DNA of 64,000 nucleotides from an uncultured bacterium (lineage in GTDB: Bacteria; Babelota; Babeliae; Babelales; Babelaceae): the NCBI GenBank assembly GCA_963824495.1, contig CAWGPQ010000005.1, forward strand, positions 32,001 to 96,000, read 5' to 3'. Position numbers and translations under genes: made by a program. Every line of letters begins with the position of its first letter. Position 1 is the first letter of the stretch. The notes under the pieces were generated by a model. The model did not search any database. It was given only the letters and a program-made list of their open reading frames with translations, and had not been told where the DNA came from. Below, piece by piece: positions 19,061-26,988 of the stretch.

Positions 19061-20200
19061 TTAAGGTACAATGATTCGTGGTATTTCTGGATTAATATGT
19101 GTTAACAGTTCATTAGCAATGGTTCCACCTTGATCTGCTAGCTCTGGTGCAGTTATACCGGCAGCGTTACCCATAAGCACAACTTCAGTTCCGGTAGTGA
19201 CGTTGGGAATATCGGTTACATCAACTGTTATGAGGTTCATGCTGATGGTGCCTATACTAGGAGCATACTGATTATTAATAAGTACGGATGCTTTATTAGA
19301 AAGCGACCGAGGATAGCCATCATAGTAACCGACAGGTAGTACAGCAATACTTGTGGACCGTTTAACCATAACGGTTCTATTGTAGCCGATAAAGCTCCCA
19401 GCTGGTACGTGCTTGAGTTGGATTACCGATGTTTTCCAAGTGAGAACTGGTGTAAGCGTAGCATCAGTAAAGCATGCGCTAACGGCATTATGCTGAGCTT
19501 GTGATTTCCAAAAGCCGTAGAGTGATGAGCCTACGCGTACAAATGAATGCACAACAGAGTTAGCTAGAAACAGTGCTCCTGATGAAATGAGATGCTGAGC
19601 AGGAATAGTAATACCGATATGTTCTAACTCTTTGAGCACGTTTGAAAAACATGCAAGCTGCTGATGCGTGAATTCTTGATGAGGATCTATCGTATCTGCC
19701 AAATGCGTGAGAATGCCACGCAAAGCTATGTGCTTATGCTTAAGAATAAACTGTATATAGGGGATCATATCTTGCGGCAATAGACCAAGGCGTGACATGC
19801 CAGTGTCTACTTTGACGTGAACATGTGCCAATACACCCAGAGCACGTGCTGTTTCATCAAGTAGTTGAATATCATCAGGTGTGTAAACAACAAGCTCCAC
19901 TTGCTGTTTAAGCACATAAGCAAGATTGCTATCAAGATAAGCAAGCGCAAGAATAGGTTTTTGTACACCTGCTGCACGTAAATCTAGCGCTTCGCTTGTT
20001 CCCGCGGTACATAATATATCTACCAAAGGGTGATCATTGAGCAATAGCCCAATAGGCACAAGACCGTGACCATAGGCATTTCCCTTTATGACAGCTGCCA
20101 ACTGTGTAGTTCCAATCAACCGCTTAATGGTAGCGCAGTTGTTATAGAGAGCCTGCTTGCTGAGCTCTATCCAGGTGCGATGTAATAATTGCATGCTCAC
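19061..20200 (-). CDS. alr: Alanine racemase
   Basis: AVIKGNAYGHG (PLP Lys), HVKVDTGMSRLG, IGYN, PVGYYDGYPR. Confidence 0.93.
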   Translation of the reverse strand: MSMQLLHRTWIELSKQALYNNCATIKRLIGTTQLAAVIKGNAYGHGLVPIGLLLNDHPLVDILCTAGTSEALDLRAAGVQKPILALAYLDSNLAYVLKQQVELVVYTPDDIQLLDETARALGVLAHVHVKVDTGMSRLGLLPQDMIPYIQFILKHKHIALRGILTHLADTIDPHQEFTHQQLACFSNVLKELEHIGITIPAQHLISSGALFLANSVVHSFVRVGSSLYGFWKSQAQHNAVSACFTDATLTPVLTWKTSVIQLKHVPAGSFIGYNRTVMVKRSTSIAVLPVGYYDGYPRSLSNKASVLINNQYAPSIGTISMNLITVDVTDIPNVTTGTEVVLMGNAAGITAPELADQGGTIANELLTHINPEIPRIIVP

Positions 20201-20212
20201 ATCATACAGTAT

Positions 20213-20259
20213 AGTAATGGCCCTGCTTCGCTACTCCGTAGCTACGCAGAGCCATTACT
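20213..20259. repeat. REP-like palindromic hairpin between the Hsp20 gene and alr
   Basis: AGTAATGGC-c-CTGC-ttc-GCTA-ctccg-TAGC-tac-GCAG-a-GCCATTACT. Confidence 0.55.
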
Positions 20260-20276
20260 CATCTTAATACTAGTAC

Positions 20277-20948
20277 TTACTCTGTAGCAATTGCAATTTT
20301 TTGCGCAAGCTTTTTTGGAAGAGTAAGCGTTAACACATATTCTTTGCTCTGAGGTTCGTTACTTTTGTCATCACTTGCTTTTTGTTCAACTTCTTTATAA
20401 GCAGCTTTAACGTTGTGTACATCAACACGAGCTGGAAGTTGTTCAGGGAATGTACCTTGAGTAGATGACACATAGCTGAACCTATGGTTACGTTCTTTGT
20501 TTTCTTTTTGAACTACAGCTTGGTAGGAAAGTGTCAAGATGTCATCTTCAATACGAAGCACCCTTTCACCACGTGCAGTAGGTATTACCGCTTTGAGTAT
20601 GCCATCGCTGATCTCAATAGTAATATCCTTGCTTGGGGTGGCTCCAACGAAGAAATCAACTATCACATATTCATCATTTTGGCTAATAATGTAAGGAGGG
20701 GTCTTTTTCTTTTCAGGTTCACGAGGTTTTTGGTTGTTTGATTCCCGCTCGGATTCTTCAGCCATAAATTTCTGGAGCCGTTCACATTGGTTAGCTATGC
20801 GTTGCATCTCATAATGCATTGCTTCTATTGGATTATAGAAGGGGTCATAGAAGGGGTCATAATACCGTCCCTGCACTTGGCCTTGGTAGCATGTGCTTGC
20901 GGTGAGTAAGCCAAGCGGAAGGGTGATTGCTTTAGTGAGTTTTTTCAT
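20277..20948 (-). CDS. Hsp20/alpha-crystallin-like protein with N-terminal signal peptide
   Basis: DPF repeats, KDITIEISDGILK, LPARVDVHNVKAAY, VLTLTLPK; GGAGG RBS. Confidence 0.65.
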   Translation of the reverse strand: MKKLTKAITLPLGLLTASTCYQGQVQGRYYDPFYDPFYNPIEAMHYEMQRIANQCERLQKFMAEESERESNNQKPREPEKKKTPPYIISQNDEYVIVDFFVGATPSKDITIEISDGILKAVIPTARGERVLRIEDDILTLSYQAVVQKENKERNHRFSYVSSTQGTFPEQLPARVDVHNVKAAYKEVEQKASDDKSNEPQSKEYVLTLTLPKKLAQKIAIATE

Positions 20949-21227
20949 AAAAAACCTCCGTTATTACGTTGTTAAACCATGATAACGCTTGATCTTATAG
21001 ATGCCACGTCGTAAGCGATAGTAGTGCTTATACGCATCCTTCATTTTAAAAAAAAGCTAAAAATTTTGCAAGAGCTCGTGCATCCCCTATTAATTGTAGT
21101 TACAAAGTGAATTTTTAAGAATAAAAAATTACAAGCAATAAGTAATAATCTTGATTTTTTAAGCATACAATTTGTAATATTATATATGGAATGATCTTAA
21201 TATCGTTTATATAAAGGAGAGAATGTT

Positions 21228-21752
21228 ATGAAAAAGAGAGCAATAGTATCGATAATACTGGCTTTCGCTGTAGCTGCGCCTGAGCTTGGTGCTCGAGTCG
21301 GCGGTGCTCGCGGAGGTGGCGGCGGTCGAGGCGGTCATACGGGTCGCCAGGGTGGTCATATGGGTGGCCGTGGTGGTCATACAGGTGGCCGTGGTGGTCA
21401 TGATAGCCACACGGGTGGTCGCGGCAGCTATACAGGTGGCCGTGGTGGTTATGATAGCCGCACAGGTGGCCACAGTGGCCGTGCAGGTGGTCGTGGTGCT
21501 TATGTAGGTGGTCGTGGTGCTTATGTAGGTGGTCGTGGTGCTTATGTAGGCGGTCGTGGTGCTTATGTAGGCGGTCGTGGTGCTTACGTAGGCGGTCGTG
21601 GTGCTTATGTAGGTCGTGGCGGTCGCGGTGGCTATATAGGTGGCTATGGCGTACAACCGGTGGTAGGAGTTGTACAACCGGTATATGTCGATGGCTACTA
21701 TGATGGTTATGATGATGGTTATGATGATGGTGCCCCGGTTGCTGTTGAGTAA
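21228..21752 (+). CDS. Secreted Gly/Arg-rich (RGG) low-complexity protein 1
   Basis: AAGGAG RBS, signal peptide MKKRAIVSIILAFAVAAPELGA, heptad GGRGxxx repeats, acidic GYDD tail. Confidence 0.8.
   Translation: MKKRAIVSIILAFAVAAPELGARVGGARGGGGGRGGHTGRQGGHMGGRGGHTGGRGGHDSHTGGRGSYTGGRGGYDSRTGGHSGRAGGRGAYVGGRGAYVGGRGAYVGGRGAYVGGRGAYVGGRGAYVGRGGRGGYIGGYGVQPVVGVVQPVYVDGYYDGYDDGYDDGAPVAVE
21486..21611 (+). repeat. 21-bp tandem repeat x6 (GGRGAYV)
   Basis: GGYGGTCGTGGTGCTTAYGTA six times; copies differ only at synonymous positions. Confidence 0.95.
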
Positions 21753-21824
21753 CTATGATCTTAGTAAAATTATAGTATGATTTCATGATTCTTTAATAAT
21801 CGTTTAAATAACAAAGAGAATGCA

Positions 21825-22325
21825 ATGAAAAAGAGATCAATAATATTAATGTTACTGGCTTTTGCCGTAGCGGCGTCTGAGCTTGGTGCTCGAGGTGGCG
21901 GCGGTGGCCGCGGGGGCGGTCGTGGCGGTGGCCGGGGTGGCCATTTTGGGGGTCGTGGCGGAGGCTTTAGGGGAGGCGGCCGCGGTGGCTTTGGTCGAGC
22001 TGGTGGTGCTCGCTTTGGCGGTGCACGAGCCGGACAACGAGTTGGCTATAGAGGCGCTCGGGGTACGCGGCTTGGCCAACGAGGTATAAGTGGTAGAGGT
22101 TACGGTCGTGGCTTTGGCGGTGGTCGTGGCTTTGCACGAGCTGGCGGTTTCGGTCGTGGTTACGGTGGCTATGGTCGTGGTGGTTATGGCTGGTGGGGGG
22201 GTTATCCATTCTACTGGGGTTACCCATACTATTGGGATGGTGGTTACCCCTATTACTACGATTACCCTTATGGCTATGGTACACCGGTCGTTGAATACGC
22301 CGATGGATATTACGATGGATATTGA
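21825..22325 (+). CDS. Secreted Gly/Arg-rich (RGG) low-complexity protein 2
   Basis: Same signal peptide family; RGG/RGF region followed by a Tyr/Trp/Pro-rich tail. Confidence 0.8.
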   Translation: MKKRSIILMLLAFAVAASELGARGGGGGRGGGRGGGRGGHFGGRGGGFRGGGRGGFGRAGGARFGGARAGQRVGYRGARGTRLGQRGISGRGYGRGFGGGRGFARAGGFGRGYGGYGRGGYGWWGGYPFYWGYPYYWDGGYPYYYDYPYGYGTPVVEYADGYYDGY

Positions 22326-22398
22326 TGGCGGTGCCATGATCATCGTTGAGTACATGGATTTGTTTTTTTAATAATCATTTAAATAAAGGAGAAATGTT

Positions 22399-22806
22399 AT
22401 GAAAAAAAGATCGATAGTATTAATGTTACTCGCTCTCGGTGTAGCAGCTGCTCCTGAGCTCAGCGCTCGAGGCGGCGGAGGTCACGGTGGTGGAGGCCAC
22501 GGCGGCGGTGGTCGTGGCTTTGGTGGCGGTCGTGGCTTTGGTGGCGGCGGTCGTGGCTTTGCACGAGCTGGTGGCTACGGTCGTGGTTACGGTGGCTATG
22601 GTCGCGGTGGTTATGGTGGTTATGGCGGCGGTGGTTGGTGGGGCTACCCCCTTGCCTTTGGACTTGGCTATGGCTATGGTTACCCCTATTATGATGGCTA
22701 CTATGGAGATGGCTACTATGGCAATGGATATAGTGATGGCGGCTATGGCGGCGGCCGTGTCGTTAGCAGCGGACCAGGATATGTAGAGACTGTCTACGTT
22801 GACTAG
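22399..22806 (+). CDS. Secreted Gly/Arg/Tyr-rich low-complexity protein 3
   Basis: AAGGAG RBS, same signal peptide family; shares RGFARAGGxGRGYGGYGRGGYG with protein 2. Confidence 0.8.
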   Translation: MKKRSIVLMLLALGVAAAPELSARGGGGHGGGGHGGGGRGFGGGRGFGGGGRGFARAGGYGRGYGGYGRGGYGGYGGGGWWGYPLAFGLGYGYGYPYYDGYYGDGYYGNGYSDGGYGGGRVVSSGPGYVETVYVD

Positions 22807-22848
22807 TTCATATACGTAAACTCTTGAGGAACAGTCTTCGTTAAAGAG

Positions 22849-22870
22849 GGGGCTCGAAAGAGCCCCTTTA
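22849..22870 (+). terminator. Rho-independent terminator after the RGG array
   Basis: GGGGCTC-GAAA-GAGCCCC followed by TTTATATT. Confidence 0.75.
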
Positions 22871-22984
22871 TATTAATGTTGTTATTGATAATTTAATTAA
22901 ATGTTGAATTTTAAATATTTATAGTTGTAAAATAATATAAGAACCCATGAATGAACACACGGGCATAGCACAGGGGGAGCATGC

Positions 22985-23824
22985 ATGAAAAAATCCGGGT
23001 TTCTTATTGTTATACTTGGTATAGGTGTAGGTTTGCTGTTAAAGATCGATGGACGGTCGTCAAGTTCTTTTGGCCGTGGCATGCATTGTTCTATGGGATC
23101 TTTGCGTGGACGTTCATGTGCTGGTATACCAAGCAGAAGTTTTATGCAGCGAACGTCAGCACCTAGAATGACCCAGCACTTGGGTCCGGGTAGAAATTTT
23201 GTGCGAAATGTTCCCACTTCACGGCGATTTGCCTTGCATGGCCAGAGCTTTAGAAGCTCTCTATCACAGCAAAAGTCACACTCAATAACTTTTGGTAATA
23301 CATCACCTTCTCAATCTGTAGCACGTGCTTTTTCTTCAGGCTCCCTTGAGAAAAAACGACCACGTTCTGTACAGTTTAAGCAAGCAACAACAGGTAATTC
23401 TTCGCTGAATTCTCAAAAATCGGTAATACGGGCAACTGCTCACGGACCAACTAGAAATAATACTTCTGGTACAGGTAATTCCCCGCGCAATGCTCAAGGT
23501 CGTACTCAAAGTATCGCTTATAATATGCCAGACCAAAGAAACTCCACCAATACTCGCATTGACCAGGGGCGTTCCGAGCATCATCATCATAGTCGGCATC
23601 ATAATCATACCTCAAATAATAACAATTTTGGTAATAATTTCGGTTGTGGAGGTTATGGTTACGGGGGATTTGGGTATGGCTTTGGCTTTGGATTGTATGA
23701 CCCCTGGTGGTACTATCCATGGTGGTATAGTCCGTGGTGGCTCTATCCAGGATATTACCCTGGCTATCCTGGCTTTTATTTCGGTATCTCTTACCCATTC
23801 GTCTTTGATCCATTATTACTATAA
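22985..23824 (+). CDS. Secreted/anchored basic disordered protein with Trp/Tyr/Pro-rich C-terminus
   Basis: Hydrophobic N-terminus, Arg/Ser/Thr-rich body, His and Asn tracts, WWYYPWWYSPWW tail; GGGGAG RBS. Confidence 0.7.
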   Translation: MKKSGFLIVILGIGVGLLLKIDGRSSSSFGRGMHCSMGSLRGRSCAGIPSRSFMQRTSAPRMTQHLGPGRNFVRNVPTSRRFALHGQSFRSSLSQQKSHSITFGNTSPSQSVARAFSSGSLEKKRPRSVQFKQATTGNSSLNSQKSVIRATAHGPTRNNTSGTGNSPRNAQGRTQSIAYNMPDQRNSTNTRIDQGRSEHHHHSRHHNHTSNNNNFGNNFGCGGYGYGGFGYGFGFGLYDPWWYYPWWYSPWWLYPGYYPGYPGFYFGISYPFVFDPLLL

Positions 23825-23949
23825 TCAGAACTTTTGTACTAATCTAACGTATCAAAAATTGTTAAATTTCACTAAAAAATTCATAAACTTTATATAGAGC
23901 ATAATGCATAGTGCACATTAATTTCTCTTAAATAAGGCACAGTGTCTTT

Positions 23950-26025
23950 TTAAAGACCTAAATCTTTAAAGAATGCGGCACTATTTGGTTCACGTCCCAA
24001 GAAATCTACGAGAAGTTTGTATGGATCTTCAGTGCCCCCCTTACTTAATATTTTTTCTCTATAGCGCTTGCCAATCTCAGGATTGAGTAGCCCAAATTGT
24101 TTAATGCAAGAGAAAACGTCATATGCATAAACAAGGGACCATAGATAGCTATAATATTTTGCACCATACTCAGTTAAATGGCCAAATGAGGCGGAAAAGT
24201 GATTAGTTGTTGGGATAAAAATATATGGCTGAACGCAAGCTAGAATAGTATTAGCTAGAGAGTATATATCTTTGTGCTCACCGTCTTTATAGTAATCAAG
24301 CGAAACCAGAGCATGGGTGAGCCGATATCGAAGGGTCTCAAGCATGTCAAAGTGTTTGGTCTTGAGTAGTTTATCGATCATTTCATCAGGTAAGGGCTCA
24401 TGTGTTTGATAGTGGGAGCTTACTCGTTTGAGAATATGAGGATTCCACAGCCATTCCACAAGCATTTGCGAAGGCATTTCGACAAAGTCTTGTTTTACGC
24501 ATGTGCCAGACAAGGTGCCAATTTCAGTCGCGCCAAGTAATGTATGGAGCGCATGACCAAATTCGTGAAATAACGTATAAACATCCTCTCGGGCCAGAAG
24601 TGATGGATGAGTATCTGTAGGGGCAGGAAGATTAGCAATAATTGTCGATAGAGAGGGAATATATGCTCTATCTGGAATGCTTATTGATGGTACCATAACG
24701 AATTGTGCAGCATGAGTATATTTATTTGGTCGAGGGAATAAATCAAGAAGTATATAGCCGAGAAGCTGATCATGAGGGTTATGGGCGCTTATAACTTTGA
24801 CATCAGGATGCCAAAAATAAGGCGCTATATCCAAGCTCAGCTTGATATTAAAGAATTGTCCAAAAATGTTAAGTAACTCATTAAGGGTATGCTCAAGCGG
24901 AAAATATTCAGCAACATATCGTTCGTTAATCATGAAGTATTTTTCTTTGTAATAGGTTCGGCAATACGCAATATCCGATGGCTTAAACTTTCCATCTGCT
25001 GTAATGGTAACGTTTGGAGGAAGATTGCGCTTTAGTTCAGCTATCTCTTGGCTTATATAAGGAGCCATATGTATACCCATATTTTCAAGAAACTTCTCGA
25101 CGTGCTTAGGGCTTTTGGCCATTTCATCGCTTATATCAAATTCTGCATAGCTTGAGTAACCCAAAAGATGAGCTAGTTTGTTTCGTGTTGAAATAAGCTG
25201 AGTAAGTATGGGAGTATTGGCTGGATATGCTCTATTAACAAAAGCCGTCCATAATTTCTCTCGTGTCGATTCGTTATCACAATGATCAAGTACTTGATGA
25301 TAGGTTGGGTAATCAACGCCTAAGATATAAAGACCGTCATCTGTCTGTTTAAGCGACTGGATAAAATCATTGCTCAAGCCAGCAAGTTGCTCACGTGATA
25401 CAGCAACAGTACGATGGTCAGTGTTAATGTTAGTTTCAAAACTGAGCTCAAGAGTTGCTATTTCTTTTTTAAGCTTTCGTATTTTTTCTTGGATTATATC
25501 AGGCAGATCAAGCCCACTGCGTCGAAAGTTCTTTAAGACTTCATGAATAAAATAGCGTTCTTGGTTGGTAATAGGCTCTTGTGTCATAGCATGGAGAGCA
25601 TATTCCTTGAATGCTCGATATATATCATTGTTATTGTTTATGTGATCGATAGCAAAGTTCTGGAGCTCTATGCGTGCAGTATGAGCAGCTATGCGCATTT
25701 CAGCGTTGGGACTTGTCAGTTCGAGCACTTGAAGCGGGCTTGCTAATGTACGTAAAGCAACTTGTACCTGATCAAATGCACGAGCGGTATTATCAAAACT
25801 ACGCTTATCAGCAGCAAGTATACCTATTTCATTAAGCTTTTGAGTAAGGGTATCTATAAGCTCTTGAGTGCGCTTTTTAATATCCCGAGTGTCAGGAGGA
25901 AGTAGCGCAACAACGTCATCAATGGTTTGTAGAGGGGTTATCATATACGTATAGACCTCCTGTATACAAGAAACAATTAAACACATACCTATAAAAAAAT
26001 GTATGAGCACAGATTTTATAGGCAC
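23950..26025 (-). CDS. M3A metallopeptidase (thimet oligopeptidase-like), copy 1
   Basis: LDLFPRPNKY, FHEFGHALH, DFVEMPSQ, YYSYLWS, FLGREP. Confidence 0.93.
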   Translation of the reverse strand: MPIKSVLIHFFIGMCLIVSCIQEVYTYMITPLQTIDDVVALLPPDTRDIKKRTQELIDTLTQKLNEIGILAADKRSFDNTARAFDQVQVALRTLASPLQVLELTSPNAEMRIAAHTARIELQNFAIDHINNNNDIYRAFKEYALHAMTQEPITNQERYFIHEVLKNFRRSGLDLPDIIQEKIRKLKKEIATLELSFETNINTDHRTVAVSREQLAGLSNDFIQSLKQTDDGLYILGVDYPTYHQVLDHCDNESTREKLWTAFVNRAYPANTPILTQLISTRNKLAHLLGYSSYAEFDISDEMAKSPKHVEKFLENMGIHMAPYISQEIAELKRNLPPNVTITADGKFKPSDIAYCRTYYKEKYFMINERYVAEYFPLEHTLNELLNIFGQFFNIKLSLDIAPYFWHPDVKVISAHNPHDQLLGYILLDLFPRPNKYTHAAQFVMVPSISIPDRAYIPSLSTIIANLPAPTDTHPSLLAREDVYTLFHEFGHALHTLLGATEIGTLSGTCVKQDFVEMPSQMLVEWLWNPHILKRVSSHYQTHEPLPDEMIDKLLKTKHFDMLETLRYRLTHALVSLDYYKDGEHKDIYSLANTILACVQPYIFIPTTNHFSASFGHLTEYGAKYYSYLWSLVYAYDVFSCIKQFGLLNPEIGKRYREKILSKGGTEDPYKLLVDFLGREPNSAAFFKDLGL

Positions 26026-26319
26026 TATGCAACCCTTATGACAAAGTGATTTAAAGATATTTATATCAAAATATAAATAATTATAGCTTAAATTTTAAAC
26101 TATTCTCAAGAAATGCATATTCTATAAGCAAAAATGCTGATGCATTCGACTCTATAGAGCACCGTTAGAGCGAAGTATGAACAGTACTTTATAATTCATA
26201 TGATTTATTAGTATTTTAAAAAATAAATATATTTACATTTGGTAATACTTTATAATAGTATAAAGTTAGAAGTGGTTTTTTATAGCCCAAAAGTGAGATT
26301 AAAAGTAAAAGGAGAAATC

Positions 26320-26877
26320 ATGAGAAGTATGATAACGATTGTACAAACGTTGTTGTTGGTAGGCTTTGCACAGTTTTGTCATGGCTATAAGTGGGATGTT
26401 ATAAATAATACAGCCGCAGACAACGTAAAGATTAGACTTGTGCTAGAAGCAATGTGGAGAAACTAACGACATGACCTTTATGAGAGGCGAAAGTAAAACT
26501 TTTGACGTACGTGGATGGAAAATAGGCTGTTGCCTGAGAGGCTTAAAAGTTAATAATGGCCCGGAGCTGTCGTTAAGCCCTCCCACCTATGTCAAAATAG
26601 CACCATACATGTGGCAGGATATAATGTACCTCCTGCCCCTTCCTATCAACTTTCAACCGACTAGCCCTCCGTACTTTACGATTCTGTTTTTGATTATCCT
26701 TTTTCTGGGACATGCCTATGTAAACAAGGATGTGTTATTGCTGAGCAAAGACAGTATTATGAACCGATTGACCAAAGATGCTCTGATGAATGCGAAGCCT
26801 ATGGAGGAGTATCATCAGCAGCTGCTGAAAATGACGGTAGCCATATCGACTGTGAGCTCGCAGCGGTGACACAATAA
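26320..26877 (+). pseudogene. Secreted Cys-rich protein, paralog of 15023-15463, frameshifted
   Basis: AAGGAG RBS, signal peptide, YKWDVINNT, then GCCLRGLKVN in another frame; a third frame carries a Cys-rich tail ending at 26877. Confidence 0.55.
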
Positions 26878-26988
26878 AATAGATCGGCTTGGATGGATTG
26901 CGCTTGGGCTGCCGAAACTTAGCAGATACACAAAGCTAATTATCAAGCACATTGAAGCAGTGCTACAATAGTTGTATGAACTGTGCCA

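Noticed and set aside
21486..21611. Possible CRISPR array
   Set aside because: Contiguous 21-bp units with no spacers, in frame within a CDS; no cas genes.
21207..21786. His-rich and Thr-rich ORFs on the minus strand (also 21852-22355)
   Set aside because: Antisense shadows of GGT/CGT codon repeats; the plus-strand frame has the RBS, signal peptide and paralogs.
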